A stretch of 64,000 nucleotides of DNA from Phyllobates terribilis (GCF_046119375.1 NW_027362761.1:1213650001-1213714000), one strand, 5' to 3'. Positions 33,574 through 47,511 are shown, numbered from the stretch's first letter. Made by a program: numbers and translations. The notes: generated by a model not told the origin, from the sequence alone.

Positions 33574-33721
33574 CCTAACAGTTTTTGCGCTATTAAAGGG
33601 TGCAAAAAATATATATATATAGACAAGAGTAAATCTAAATAAAAGAGCATTTCTGACAAGAATTACGTCCGTACCTGGATAAGCCACAGGGTTTCACACT
33701 GTGACAGCCTCTTTTAAAGAC

Positions 33722-34279
33722 ATGTCGTTGGCAAATCACCTTTACATTTTCACATTTGTGGTGGTGGTGGCAGGTCCGATCTATGACGGTGTCTGCAAAT
33801 TACCTGAGCAAGAGAACTTAAAGCAGCTGCATAATGCTTTTGTGAAGGCGATCTCGGCCGCCAACTGTTTCGCAAATGCTGTGTTAGCCGAAGAACAATC
33901 CGAGAATGAAGAGATGAGGATGAAATTTTTTAATACGGTCTCAAAGATGAGCGATGACGAAGTTGGTGTTGTTATACATGAATTTCTGTTATGGATAGAG
34001 GACAAACTAAAAAGTCTCTTGTGGTCCGATCGGCAAGAATATAGAAATATGATGGAACTTTTGCAAATGCAGATAGATCGCACGACTTCTTGCTTACGAG
34101 CAACTAAAACAAGACTCGTGCAATACAAAACAGCAAAGTACTTGTCTCCACAAGGGGATTTCGTCAAAGACGGCGAGCAATCGCCTTGCACCTTTAAAGT
34201 CGCGTACAGCAAGATAATCAGAATCCTTCTGCTGGCCGAGCAAATGATCGCTAATGCAGAGACAAAGCAAAAGTACTGA
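33722..34279 (+). CDS. Intact type I interferon-like protein (185 aa)
   Basis: Differs from 23195-23752 by two residues (FANAV, RLVQ). AATAAA at 34396. Confidence 0.72.
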   Translation: MSLANHLYIFTFVVVVAGPIYDGVCKLPEQENLKQLHNAFVKAISAANCFANAVLAEEQSENEEMRMKFFNTVSKMSDDEVGVVIHEFLLWIEDKLKSLLWSDRQEYRNMMELLQMQIDRTTSCLRATKTRLVQYKTAKYLSPQGDFVKDGEQSPCTFKVAYSKIIRILLLAEQMIANAETKQKY

Positions 34280-34759
34280 AGAAGGCGAGCGGTGAAGCAG
34301 CGCGGGCGTCAAAAACAGGTCTCTGATTTTGTTGCTCATCTTTATGTTTTTAATTTTCTTTTTTTTTTCTGCTTTTATTTTGTCAATGAAGCTTCAATAA
34401 ATTCTGGTGTCAAAGTCGATTACTGTGCGGTGAATGTTTTATTTTGTTTTTTACTTTTCTTTCGAGAGTTTTTCAAACACAACAGAACTGGGATGTGCGC
34501 GGCGCATATATATAACATTCGTTCACATACGGTCCTCGTGGAGCCTATGGCTCGGCCACATTACTTTTTTTTTTATAGCGTAAAAGATCTTTTGCTGTTG
34601 CTAAAATCATGAACTATATTTTGCCCTTACATCTTGAGGTGGGTGGCAAGGAGAAAGAATGAACAAGCGTGTGCTCTCGTTACCAGAGGAAATCTCTGTC
34701 TCCTTCCCATTCAAAACTGTTTTACAATGTTTTTTTCGGTCCCCCCCGCCTGTTCGTGT

Positions 34760-36167
34760 GAGTCTCAGTACATTCGCCTTTCTCCTCAGGGTTTAGCACA
34801 CAGCTCCATCTACCCTGTCAGATGATTGTCCTCTGTATCTCAGTACATTCGGCAGTTCTCAGTGTTCAGCACACAGATGTCTCTGCCCTGTCTGCTGCAC
34901 AGTCATCTGATTTTCATGTGTGCCTCAGTTCATCCGCCTTTCTCCTCAATATTAAGCACACAGCTTGTTGTGTCCTGTCAGCTGAAAGTTCCTGTGTGTC
35001 TCACACATTGGCAGTTCTCCTCAATCTGTAGCACACACCTCCGATGATTGTCCTGTGTGTTTTAGTACTTCCGCGGTTCTCCTCAGGGTTTAGCACACAG
35101 CTCCTTCTGCCCTGTCAGATGGTTGTCCTGTGTGTCTCACACATCCGCGGTTCTCCTCAGTGTTTATCACACAGCTCCTTCTGCCCTGTCAGATTATTGT
35201 CCTGTGTGTCTTAGTACTTCCGCGGTTCTCCTCATTGTTTAGCACACAGCTCCTTCTGCCCTGTCAGATTATTGTCCTGTGTGTCTTAGTACATCCGCGG
35301 TTCTCCTCAGGGTTAAGCACACAGCTCCTTCTGCCCTGTCAGATTATTGTCCTGTGTGTCTTAGTACATCCGCGGTTCTCCTCATTGTTTAGCACACAGC
35401 TCCTTCTGCCCTGTCAGATTATTGTCCTGTGTGTCTTAGTACATCCGCGGTTCTCCTCAGTGTTTAGCACACAGCTCCTTCTGCCCTGTCAGATGATTGT
35501 CCTGTGTGTCTCACACATCCGCGGTTCTCCTCAGTGTTTAGCACACAGCTCCTTCTGCCCTGTCAGATGATTGTCCTGTGTGTCTTTGTACTTCCGCGGA
35601 TCTCCTCAGTGTTTAGCACACAGCTCCTTCTTCCCTGTCTGCTGATACATACTGTGTGTCTCAGTAGATCTGCAGATCTCCTAAGTGTTTACCACACGGC
35701 TCCTTTTGTTCTGTCTGCTGATATTTCCTGTTTCGCCACAGCCCAACTATCAGTATTTGGTTAGTATTTTTTCTCACTAGTCGGAGACAAAACCAGGAGT
35801 GGAGCTCCTTCTGCCCTGTCAGCAGCTTGTACTCTCTTTCAGTGCTTAACACAGCTCATTTTCCCCTGTCAGATGATTGTCCTGTGGGTCTCACACATCG
35901 TCATTCTCATCAGGGTTTAGCAAATGGCTCCTTCTGTTCTGTCAGATGATTGTTCTGTTTTCCTCAGTACATCGGCAGTTCTCTTCAGGGTTTACCACAC
36001 AGCTCCTTCTGCCCTGTCAGATGATTGTCCTGTGTGTCTCACACATCGGCAGTGCTCCTCAGGGTTTACCACACAGCTCCTTCTGCCCTGTCAGCAGCTT
36101 GTACTCTCTTTCAGTACATTGGCAGTTTTCGTCAACGTTTCGCACAAAGTTTCTTCCGCCCAGTCAG
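34760..36167. repeat. 75/74-bp minisatellite (HOR2)
   Basis: Same monomer as 24234-26090. Confidence 0.95.
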
Positions 36168-36176
36168 CTAATAGAT

Positions 36177-37241
36177 CACACTAGACCTCAAGCAGCTTGG
36201 ATTGTAACCTCTCCACTCTTCCTCCAGACTCTGGGACCTTGTGGACTGTGTCAATGACTGCCTTCTGGACATCTGTCAAGTCAGCAGTCTTCCCCATGAT
36301 TGTGGAGGCTACTGAAAGGACTAAGGCAGAGGTCCCCAACCGCTGGTCCGCGGACCAGGACCGGGCCGTTGGGGTTTTTCAGCCGGTCCGCGGCGCCGCT
36401 GACAGCCAGCTCCGCGGCCCTGCGCCTGGTCAGAGCTCGCTCTGTGTGGATTTATAATGTTTTCTGCCATGGCCGTGACAGCTCGCAGCTCCCGGCAGAG
36501 AACATTATGCAGGACGGGGTGGGGCGTCGGGCGGGTCTTAGTGACGCGGCCCTCCTGCACAGCATGGTGTGTTTCTGACGGGGTGGGGCGGCAGGCTCTC
36601 CTCACTGACACGCCCCTGGCAGAACATGTTATGTGGGGCGTGCTGGGGCAGCAGACTGGCTTCAGTGACGCGGCTCCCGGTACCGGTGTTCAGTGTGTAG
36701 CGCTGCTAAGCAGCAGCGCTGTATACACTAACGCTCAATGTACAATGCTGCTACTTAGCAGCGCTGTACACCGAGGTCCCGCCAGCATCCTCCCCATACA
36801 GCTCCACCCCTCCATAACCCCACCCCCATATGACCAAAGCCCCGCCCCCACCCCCACCGGGCCATGGAAAACTGGTCTTGCTTAAAGCCGGTCCCTGGTG
36901 CAAAAAAGGTTGGGGACCTCTGGACTAAGGGACCTTTTTAAATGCTTCAGAAGTCTTTTGCTGGTGTTTTTTTTGTTTATTATTCTAATCTACTGTGATA
37001 ATGACTTTTGTGTTTTCATTGGCTGTAAGCCATAATGATCAACATTAACAGAAATAAACACTTGAAATAGAATCCCTCTGTGTGTAATGACTCTATATAA
37101 TAGATCCCTCTGTGTGTAATGACTCTATATAATAGATCCCTCTGTTTGTAATGACTCTATATAATATATGAGCTTCACTTTAGGTATTGAAGAACTGAAA
37201 TTAACTTTTTGATGATATTCTAATTTTGTGAGATGCACTTG
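36177..37241 (-). mobile_element. Tc1-like remnant (HOR2), interrupted by a hAT MITE
   Basis: Same sequence as 26100-26849. Confidence 0.88.
36327..36922. mobile_element. hAT-family MITE (596 bp)
   Basis: Perfect 15-bp TIR CAGAGGTCCCCAACC/GGTTGGGGACCTCTG; 8-bp TSD GACTAAGG at 36319-36326 and 36923-36930. Empty site in HOR1 at ~26242. Confidence 0.93.
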
Positions 37242-37407
37242 TATGTATCTTTTGTTTGCAGATTGTAACTTTTGCTTTTGTCAGACTAATTCTTCTCGTC
37301 AGACATCTTTTGGTTCGTTCTTCGCTGTAAATATGTGTCACTAATGTCCTGAAGGCAGAGAATGACTTGTGTAGATGAGAAGTAAACGATATGAGCCGGG
37401 CGCAGCA

Positions 37408-37492
37408 CCCAGCATGTACAGCGTAGTGGTAGTGCTCCTGCCCTACATGCCGGCGACACGGGTTCGAATCCTGAGCTGTACTTATTGCTGGG
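37408..37492 (+). ncRNA. tRNA-like element (HOR2)
   Basis: Identical to 27016-27100. Confidence 0.55.
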
Positions 37493-38800
37493 AGCTGAGA
37501 GAATGAACGACATCTACATATGTACAACAAATCATCGCTGTTAATACCTGACTTTAACTTATTATTAAGTTTGACGTCTTTGAGCTTCTGTGTTTCCAAG
37601 TTTGCCGGAAAAACTAAAAACGAGCAAGAAAAATGTCTGAACCAAAAGAAACTCAAGACAAACCTTGTTTGCTGTGCACCATCAAGTGTGAATGTCTGCT
37701 CTGGAGAGTGATATGTGGCTCTGCTGGATAGTATATAAGGGCCAATATGGAGCCCAGTCATCAGCAGAAGCCGTACAGTCCTGGGCTGTATGGACCGTAT
37801 GTTCTGACTTCAATATCTATTGGAAACTGCGGTGAAAAGAACGATAAAGCTTCTGCCTTTCGTGGAAACATTGAGGATTTGAGTCCTGGCGTTGCTGCGT
37901 TAAGCACAGAGACCATACTGAGCCCATAGTGATAGCACAGAGCACACCGGTACTGGTAACGATCGCTCCGATCACTGGGAGACACAACTTTCCATCAATA
38001 TCATCTCTGACTTCTCTCAGATTGTAAAGCCAAAAAATTGACATAAGGAAACAAAGACAAAGTCTGACATGACATTCGCCAAAATACTGTTCATTGTGGT
38101 ATCTGTGACCGGTCTGGAGCCGGACGACAGCACAGGACTAAATTTTAAACAGGAATAAGAGGGCTGCAGCTTTTAGCTGAATGAGAGGTCACACATCAGG
38201 CGAAAGGAGTAAAGGATCACTGATGCCGTCACCAGTTCATCCCTGTGATTTCTTTCTTCTGTGCTGCGTGCAACATTGTTCCAACAGTTTTTGCTCTGTT
38301 AAATGATGCAAAACTACATGAGAACATTTTAAAAAGAGCATTTTTTTACGAGAGTTACGGTCGTTCTTGGATAAGCCAGAGAGGTCCACGAAGGCTAGGT
38401 GGATGGTTATCTTGTCTTTTTGGCGAGATTCACAAATTAGGAATATTAACATAGCTCGGTCCAGGAGTGTTAAAAGCGTGTGAGACTGGGCATACGACAT
38501 CCATATTTCCCAAGTCTGAACTGTACATTGTAAACTGAATTAAAAGTTGCAGCTATAGCTCAATGAGAGACCCAAGTAAGGCGAAAAGGAGCAACATATC
38601 ACTGACGCCGGCTCTGGTTCAACCCCTGTGACTCTTCTGTGCTGTGTGCAACCTTGACCTAACAGTTTTTGCACTATTAAAGGGTGCAAAAAAATATATA
38701 GACAAGAGTAAATCTAAAAAAAGAGCATTTTCTGATAAGAATTACGTCCGTACCTGGATAAGCCACAGGGTTTCACACTGTGACAGCCTCTTTTAAAGAC

Positions 38801-41314
38801 ATGTCGATGGCAAATCACCTTTACATTTTCACATTTGTGTGGTGGTGGTGGCAGGTCCGATCTATGACGGTGTCATCAAATTACCTGAGCAAGAGAACTT
38901 ATAGCAGCTGCATAATGCTTTTGTGAAGGCGAGCTCGGCCGCCAACTGTTTCGTAAATGCTGTGTTAGCCGAAGAACAATCCGAGAATGAAGAGATGAGG
39001 ATGAAATTTTTTTAATACGGTCTCAAAGATGAGCGATGACGAAGTTGGTGTTGTTATACATGAATTTCTGTTATGGATAAAGGACAAACTAAAAAGTCTC
39101 TTGTGGTCCGATCGGCAAGAATATAGAAATATGATGGAACTTTTGCAAATGCAGATAGATCGCGCGACTTCTTGCCTACGAGCAACTAAAACAAGACTAT
39201 TGCAATACAAAACAGCAAAGTACTTGTCTCCACAAGGGGATTTCGTCAAAGACGGCGAGCAATCGCCTTGCACCTTTAAGGTTCAACCCCCTGTGACTCT
39301 TCTGTGCTGTGTGCAACCTTGACCTAACAGTTTTTGCACTATTAAAGGGTGCAAAAAATATATATAGACAAGAGTAAATCTAAATAAAAGAGCATTTCTG
39401 ACGAAAAATACGTCCGTACCTGGATAAGCCACAGGGTTTCACACTGTGACAGCCTCTTTTAAAGACATGTCGTTGGCAAATCACCTTTACATTTTCACAT
39501 TTGTGGTGATGGTGGCAGGTCCGATCTATGACGGTGTCTGCAAATTACCTGAGCAAGAGATCTTGAAGCAGCTGCATAATGCTTTTGTGAAGGCGAGCTC
39601 GGCCGCCAACTGTTTCGTAAATGCTGTGTTAGCCGAAGAACAATCCGAGAATGAAGAGATGAGGATGACATTTTTTTAATACGGTCTCAAAGATGAGCGA
39701 TGACGAAGTTGGTGTTGTTATACATGAATTTCTGTTATGGATAGAGGACAAACTAAAAAGTCTCTTGTGGTCCGATCGGCAAGAATATAGAAATATGATG
39801 GAACTTTTTGCAAATGCAGATAGATCGCACGACTTCTTGCCTACGAGCAACTAAAACAAGACTATTGCAATACAAAACAGCAAAGTACTTGTCTCCACAA
39901 GGGGATTTCGTCAAAGACGGAGAGCAATCGCCTTGCACCTTTAAGGTTCAACCCCCTGTGACTCTTCTGTGCTGTGTGCAACCTTGACCTAACAGTTTTT
40001 GCACTATTAAAGGGTGCAAAAAAATATATATAGACAAGAGTAAATCTAAATTAAAAGAGCATTTCTGACGAAAATTACGTCCGTACCTGGATAAGCCACA
40101 GGGTTTCACACTGTGACAGCCTCTTTTAAAGACATGTCGTTGGCAAATCACCTTTACATTTTCACATTTGTGGTGGTGGTGGCAGGTCCGATCTATGACG
40201 GTGTCTGCAAATTATCTGAGCAAGAGAACTTAAAGCAGCTGCATAATGCTTTTGTGAAGGCGAGCTCGGCCGCCAACTGTTTCGTAAATGCTGTGTTAGC
40301 CGAAGAACAATCCGAGAATGAAGAGATGAGGATGAAATTTTTTAATACGGTCTCAAAGATGAGCGATGACGAAGTTGGTGTTGTTATACATGAATTTCTG
40401 TTATTATTGAGGACAAACTAAAAAGTCCATTGTGGTCCGATCGGCAAGAATATAGAAATATGATGGAACTTTTGCAAATGCAGATAGATCTCGCGACTTC
40501 TTGCCTACGAGCAACTAAAACAAGACTCGTGCAATACAAAACAGCAAAGTACTTGTCTCCACAAGGGGATTTCGTCAAAGACGGCGAGCAATCGCCTTGC
40601 ACCTTTAAGGTTCAACCCCCTGTGACTCTTCTGTGCTGTGTGCAACCTTGACCTAACAGTTTTTGCACTATTAAAGGGTGAAAAAAAATATATAGACAAG
40701 AGTAAATCTAAATAAAAGAGCATTTCTGACGAAAAATACGTCCGTACCTGGATAAGCAACAGGGTTTCACACTGTGACAGCCTCTTTTAAAGACATGTCG
40801 TTGGCAAATCACCTTTACATTTTCACATTTGTGGTGATGGTGGCAGGTCCGATCTATGACGGTGTCTGCAAATTACCTGAGCAAGAGATCTTGAAGCAGC
40901 TGCATAATGCTTTTGTGAAGGCGAGCTCGGCCGCCAACTGTTTCGTAAATGCTGTGTTAGCCGAAGAACAATCCGAGAATGAAGAGATGAGGATGAAATT
41001 TTTTTAATACGGTCTCAAAGATGAGCGATGACGAAGTTGGTGTTGTTATACATGAATTTCTGTTATGGATAGAGGACAAACTAAAAAGTCTCTTGTGGTC
41101 CGATCGGCAAGAATATAGAAATATGATGGAACTTTTGCAAATGCAGATAGATCGCGCGACTTCTTGCCTACGAGCAACTAAAACAAGACTCGTGCAATAC
41201 AAAACAGCAAAGTACTTGTCTCCACAAGGGGATTTCGTCAAAGATGGCGAGCAATCGCCTTGCACCTTTAAGGTTCAACCCCCTGTGACTCTTCTGTGCT
41301 GTGTGCAACCTTGA
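38801..41314 (+). pseudogene. Four disabled truncated interferon-like copies
   Basis: Same recurrent frameshifts as array 2. Confidence 0.7.
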
Positions 41315-41462
41315 CCTAACAGTTTTTGCGCTATTAAAGGGTGCAAAAAAAATATATATATAGACAAGAGTAGATCTAAATAAAAGAGCATTTCTGACGA
41401 GAATTACGTCCGTGCCTGGATAAGCCACAGGGTTTCACACTGTGACAGCCTCTTTTAAAGAC

Positions 41463-41981
41463 ATGTCGTTGGCAAATCACCTTTACATTTTCACATTTGT
41501 GGTGGTGGTGGCAGGTCCCATCTATGACGGTGTCTGCAAATTACCTGAGCAAGAGAACTTAAAGCAGCTGCATAATGCTTTTGTGAAGGCGATCTCGGCC
41601 GCCAACTGTTTCGTAAATGCTGTGTTAGCCGAAGAACAATCCGAGAATGAAGAGATGAGGATGAAATTTTTTAATACGGTCTCAAAGATGAGCGATGACG
41701 AAGTTGGTGTTGTTATACATGAATTTCTGTTATGGATAGAGGACAAACTAAAAAGTCTCTTGTGGTCCGATCGGCAAGAATATAGAAATATGATGGAACT
41801 TTTGCAAATGCAGATAGATCGCACGACTTCTTGCCTACGAGCAACTAAAACAAGACTCGTGCAATACAAAACAGCAAAGTACTTGTCTCCACAAGGGGAT
41901 TTCGTCAAAGACGGCGAGCAATCGCCTTGCACCTTTAAGGTTCAACCCCCTGTGACTCTTCTGTGCTGTGTGCAACCTTGA
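41463..41981 (+). CDS. Interferon-like ORF, open but truncated (172 aa); 5' part of terminal-copy type
   Basis: Carries KAISAA, GTGCCTGG and CCCATC like the terminal copies, but ends at the GGT junction. Confidence 0.45.
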   Translation: MSLANHLYIFTFVVVVAGPIYDGVCKLPEQENLKQLHNAFVKAISAANCFVNAVLAEEQSENEEMRMKFFNTVSKMSDDEVGVVIHEFLLWIEDKLKSLLWSDRQEYRNMMELLQMQIDRTTSCLRATKTRLVQYKTAKYLSPQGDFVKDGEQSPCTFKVQPPVTLLCCVQP

Positions 41982-42127
41982 CCTAACAGTTTTTGCACTA
42001 TTAAAGGGTGCAAAAAAATATATATAGACAAGAGTAAATCTAAATTAAAAGAGCATTTCTGACGAAAATTACGTCCGTACCTGGATAAGCCACAGGGTTT
42101 CACACTGTGACAGCCTCTTTTAAAGAC

Positions 42128-43308
42128 ATGTCGTTGGCAAATCACCTTTACATTTTCACATTTGTGGTGGTGGTGGCAGGTCCGATCTATGACGGTGTCT
42201 GCAAATTATCTGAGCAAGAGAACTTAAAGCAGCTGCATAATGCTTTTGTGAAGGCGAGCTCGGCCGCCAACTGTTTCGTAAATGCTGTGTTAGCCGAAGA
42301 ACAATCCGAGAATGAAGAGATGAGGATGAAATTTTTTAATACGGTCTCAAAGATGAGCGATGACGAAGTTGGTGTTGTTATACATGAATTTCTGTTATTA
42401 TTGAGGACAAACTAAAAAGTCCATTGTGGTCCGATCGGCAAGAATATAGAAATATGATGGAACTTTTGCAAATGCAGATAGATCTCGCGACTTCTTGCCT
42501 ACGAGCAACTAAAACAAGACTCGTGCAATACAAAACAGCAAAGTACTTGTCTCCACAAGGGGATTTCGTCAAAGACGGCGAGCAATCGCCTTGCACCTTT
42601 AAGGTTCAACCCCCTGTGACTCTTCTGTGCTGTGTGCAACCTTGACCTAACAGTTTTTGCACTATTAAAGGGTGAAAAAAAATATATAGACAAGAGTAAA
42701 TCTAAATAAAAGAGCATTTCTGACGAAAAATACGTCCGTACCTGGATAAGCAACAGGGTTTCACACTGTGACAGCCTCTTTTAAAGACATGTCGTTGGCA
42801 AATCACCTTTACATTTTCACATTTGTGGTGATGGTGGCAGGTCCGATCTATGACGGTGTCTGCAAATTACCTGAGCAAGAGATCTTGAAGCAGCTGCATA
42901 ATGCTTTTGTGAAGGCGAGCTCGGCCGCCAACTGTTTCGTAAATGCTGTGTTAGCCGAAGAACAATCCGAGAATGAAGAGATGAGGATGAAATTTTTTTA
43001 ATACGGTCTCAAAGATGAGCGATGACGAAGTTGGTGTTGTTATACATGAATTTCTGTTATGGATAGAGGACAAACTAAAAAGTCTCTTGTGGTCCGATCG
43101 GCAAGAATATAGAAATATGATGGAACTTTTGCAAATGCAGATAGATCGCGCGACTTCTTGCCTACGAGCAACTAAAACAAGACTCGTGCAATACAAAACA
43201 GCAAAGTACTTGTCTCCACAAGGGGATTTCGTCAAAGATGGCGAGCAATCGCCTTGCACCTTTAAGGTTCAACCCCCTGTGACTCTTCTGTGCTGTGTGC
43301 AACCTTGA
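42128..43308 (+). pseudogene. Two disabled truncated interferon-like copies
   Basis: Near-identical to 40134-41314. Confidence 0.7.
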
Positions 43309-43456
43309 CCTAACAGTTTTTGCGCTATTAAAGGGTGCAAAAAAAATATATATATAGACAAGAGTAGATCTAAATAAAAGAGCATTTCTGACGAGAATTA
43401 CGTCCATGCCTGGATAAGCCACAGGGTTTCACACTGTGACAGCCTCTTTTAAAGAC

Positions 43457-44014
43457 ATGTCGTTGGCAAATCACCTTTACATTTTCACATTTGTGGTGGT
43501 GGTGGCAGGTCCCATCTATGACGGTGTCTGCAAATTACCTGAGCAAGAGAACTTAAAGCAGCTGCATAATGCTTTTGTGAAGGCGATCTCGGCCGCCAAC
43601 TGTTTCGTAAATGCTGTGTTAGCCGAAGAACAATCCGAGAATGAAGAGATGAGGATGAAATTTTTTAATACGGTCTCAAAGATGAGCGATGACGAAGTTG
43701 GTGTTGTTATACATGAATTTCTGTTATGGATAGAGGACAAACTAAAAAGTCTCTTGTGGTCCGATCGGCAAGAATATAGAAATATGATGGAACTTTTGCA
43801 AATGCAGATAGATCGCACGACTTCTTGCTTACGAGCAACTAAAACAAGACTCATGCAATACAAAACAGCAAAGTACTTGTCTCCACAAGGGGATTTCGTC
43901 AAAGACGGCGAGCAATCGCCTTGCACCTTTAAAGTCGCGTACAGCAAGATAATCAGAATCCTTCTGCTGGCCGAACAAATGATCGCTAATGCAGAGACAA
44001 AGCAAAAGTACTGA
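43457..44014 (+). CDS. Intact type I interferon-like protein (185 aa)
   Basis: Protein identical to 23195-23752 in the ORF track. AATAAA at 44131. Confidence 0.72.
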   Translation: MSLANHLYIFTFVVVVAGPIYDGVCKLPEQENLKQLHNAFVKAISAANCFVNAVLAEEQSENEEMRMKFFNTVSKMSDDEVGVVIHEFLLWIEDKLKSLLWSDRQEYRNMMELLQMQIDRTTSCLRATKTRLMQYKTAKYLSPQGDFVKDGEQSPCTFKVAYSKIIRILLLAEQMIANAETKQKY

Positions 44015-44495
44015 AGAAGGCGAGCGGTGAAGCAGCGCGGGCGTCAAAAACAGGTCTCTGATTTTGTTGCTCATCTTTATGTTTTTAATTTTCTTTTTTT
44101 TTACTGCTTTTATTTTGTCAATGAAGCTTCAATAAATTCTGGTGTCAAAGGCGATTACTGTGCGGTGAATGTTTTATTTTGTTTTTTTACTTTTCTTTCG
44201 AGAGTTTTTCAAACACAACAGAACTGGGATGTGCGCGGCGCATATATATAACATTCGTTCACATACGGTCCTCGTGGAGCCTATGGCTCGGCCACATTAC
44301 TTTTTTTTTTATAGCGTAAAAGATCTTTTGCTGTTGCTAAAATCATGAACTATATTTTGCCCTTACATCTTGAGGTGGGTGGCAAGGAGAAAGAATGAAC
44401 AAGCGTGTGCTCTCATTACCAGAGGAAATCTCTGTCTCCTTCCCATTCAAAACTGTTTTACAATGTTTTTTTCGGTCCCCCCCGCCTGTTCGTGT

Positions 44496-46204
44496 GAGTC
44501 TCAGTACATTCGCCTTTCTCCTCAGGGTTTAGCACACAGCTCCATCTACCCTGTCAGATGATTGTCCTCTGTATCTCAGTACATTCGGCAGTTCTCAGTG
44601 TTCAGCACACAGATGTCTCTGCCCTGTCTGCTGCACAGTCATCTGATTTTCATGTGTGCCTCAGTTCATCCACCTTTCTCCTCAATATTAAGCACACAGC
44701 TTGTTGTGTCCTGTCAGCTGAAAGTTCCTGTGTGTCTCACACATTGGCAGTTCTCCTCAATCTGTAGCACACACCTCCGATGATTGTCCTGTGTGTCTTA
44801 GTACATCCGCAGTTCTCCTCAGGGTTTAGCACACAGCTCCTTCTGCCCTGTCAGATGGTTGTCCTGTGTGTCTTAGTACATCCGCAGTTCTCCTCAGTGT
44901 TTAGCACACAGCTCCTTCTGCCCTGTCAGATGATTGTCCTGTGTGTCTTAGTACATCCGCGGTTCTCCTCAGGGTTTAGCACACAGCTCCTTCTGCCCTG
45001 TCAGATGGTTGTCCTGTGTGTCTTAGTACATCCGCGGTTCTCCTCAGGGTTTAGCACACAGCTCCTTCTGCCCTGTGAGATGGTTGTCCTGTGTGTCTCA
45101 CACATCCGCGGTTCTCCTCAGTGTTTAGCACACAGCTCCTTCTCCCCTGTCAGATGATTGTCCTGTGTGTCTTAGTACATCAGCGGTTCTCCTCAGTGTT
45201 TATCACACAGCTCCTTCTGCCCTGTCAGATTATTGTCCTGTGTGTCTTAGTACATCCGCGGTTCTCCTCATTGTTTAGCACACAGCTCCTTCTGCCCTGT
45301 CAGATTATTGTCCTGTGTGTCTTAGTACATCCGCGGTTCTCCTCAGTGTTTATCACACAGCTCCTTCTGCCCTGTCAGATTATTGTCCTGTGTGTCTTAG
45401 TACTTCCGCGGTTCTCCTAATTGTTTAGCACACAGCTCCTTCTGCCCTGTCAGATTATTGTCCTGTGTGTCTTAGTACATCCGCGGTTCTCCTCAGTGTT
45501 TAGCACACAGCTCCTTCTGCCCTGTCAGATTATTGTCCTGTGTGTCTTAGTACATCCGCGGTTCTCCTCAGTGTTTAGCACACAGCTCCTTCTGCCCTGT
45601 CAGATGATTGTCCTGTGTGTCTTTGTACTTCCGCGGATCTCCTCATTGTTTAGCACACAGCTCCTTCTTCCCTGTCTGCTGATACATACTGTGTGTCTCA
45701 GTAGATCTGCAGATCTCCTAAGTGTTTACCACACGGCTCCTTTTGTTCTGTCTGCTGATATTTCCTGTTTCGCCACAGCCCAACTATCAGTATTTGGTTA
45801 GTATTTTTTCTCACTAGTCGGAGACAAAACCAGGAGTGGAGCTCCTTCTGCCCTGTCAGCAGCTTCTACTCTCTTTCAGTGCTTAACACAGCTCATTTTC
45901 CCCTGTCAGATGATTGTCCTGTGGGTCTCACACATCGTCATTCTCATCAGGGTTTAGCAAATGGCTCCTTCTGTTCTGTCAGATGATTGTTCTGTTTTCC
46001 TCAGTACATCGGCAGTTCTCTTCAGGGTTTACCACACAGCTCCTTCTGCCCTGTCAGATGATTGTCCTGTGTGTCTCACACATCGGCAGTGCTCCTCAGG
46101 GTTTACCACACAGCTCCTTCTGCCCTGTCAGCAGCTTGTACTCTCTTTCAGTACATTGGCAGTTTTCGTCAACGTTTCGCACAAAGTTTCTTCCGCCCAG
46201 TCAG
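44496..46204. repeat. 75/74-bp minisatellite (HOR3)
   Basis: Same monomer as 24234-26090. Confidence 0.95.
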
Positions 46205-46213
46205 CTAATAGAT

Positions 46214-47260
46214 CACACTAGACCTCAAGCAGCTTGGATTGTAACCTCTCCACTCTTCCTCCAGACTCTGGGACCTTGTGGACTGTGTCAATGACTGCCT
46301 TCTGGACATCTGTCAAGTCAGCAGTCTTCCCCATGATTGTGGAGGCTACTGAAAGGACTAAGGCAGAGGTCCCCAACCGCTGGTCCGCGGACCAGGACCG
46401 GGCCGTTGGGGTTTTTCAGCCGGTCCGCGGCGCCGCTGACAGCTAGCTCCGCGGCCCTGCGCCTGGTCAGAGCTCGCTCTGTGTGGATTTATAATGTTTT
46501 CTGCCATGGCCGTGACAGCTCGCAGCTCCCGGCAGAGAACATTATGCAGGACGGGGTGGGGCGTCGGGCGGGTCTTAGTGACGCGGCCCTCCTGCACAGC
46601 ATGGTGTGTTTCTGATGGGGTGGGGCGGCAGGCTCTCCTCACTGACACGCCCCCGGCAGAACATGTTATGTGGGGCGTGCTGGGGCAGCAGACTGGCTTC
46701 AGTGACGCGGCTCCCGGTACCGGTGTTCAGTGTGTAGCGCTGCTAAGCAGCAGCGCTGTATACACTAACGCTCAATGTACAATGCTGCTACTTAGCAGCG
46801 CTGTACACCGAGGTCCCGCCAGCATCCTCCCCATACAGCTCCACCCCTCCATAACCCCGCCCCCACCCCCACCGGGCCATGGAAAACTGGTCTTGCTTAA
46901 AGCCGGTCCCTGGTGCAAAAAAGGTTGGGGACCTTTGGACTAAGGGACCTTTTTAAATGCTTCAGAAGTCTTTTGCTGGTGTTTTTTTTGTTTATTATTC
47001 TAATCTACTGTGATAATGACTTTTGTGTTTTCATTGGCTGTAAGCCATAATGATCAACATTAACAGAAATAAACACTTGAAATAGAATCCCTCTGTGTGT
47101 AATGACTCTATATAATAGATCCCTCTGTGTGTAATGACTCTATATAATAGATCCCTCTGTTTGTAATGACTCTATATAATATATGAGCTTCACTTTTGGT
47201 ATTGAAGAACTGAAATAAATTAACTTTTTGATGATATTCTAATTTTGTGAGATGCACTTG
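46214..47260 (-). mobile_element. Tc1-like remnant (HOR3), interrupted by a hAT MITE
   Basis: Same sequence as 26100-26849. Confidence 0.88.
46364..46937. mobile_element. hAT-family MITE (574 bp)
   Basis: TSD GACTAAGG; 22-bp internal deletion; one substitution in the right TIR (ACCTTTG). Confidence 0.92.
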
Positions 47261-47426
47261 TATGTATCTTTTGTTTGCAGATTGTAACTTTTGCTTTTGT
47301 CAGACTAATTCTTCTCGTCAGACATCTTTTGGTTCGTTCTTCGCTGTAAATATGTGTCACTAATGTCCTGAAGGCAGAGAATGACTTGTGTAGATGAGAA
47401 GTAAACGATATGAGCCGGGCGCAGCA

Positions 47427-47511
47427 CCCAGCATGTACAGCGTAGTGGTAGTGCTCCTGCCCTACATGCCGGTGACACGGGTTCGAATCCTGAGCTGTAC
47501 TTATTGCTGGG
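47427..47511 (+). ncRNA. tRNA-like element (HOR3)
   Basis: One C>T change in the variable region. Confidence 0.55.

Larger units (their letters stand above)
28225..34279 (+). repeat. ~663-bp tandem array 2 (9 copies)
   Basis: First ATG at 28410, last at 33722. Internal 5-mer duplication (29054 vs 32372, period 3318). Confidence 0.95.
38616..44014 (+). repeat. ~663-bp tandem array 3 (8 copies)
   Basis: First ATG at 38801, last at 43457. Internal 3-mer duplication (40113 vs 42107, period 1994). Confidence 0.95.

Noticed and set aside
36197-36885. 86-149-aa ORFs across the GC-rich MITE
   Set aside because: They lie in a non-autonomous MITE, overlap in several frames, and change with indels between copies.
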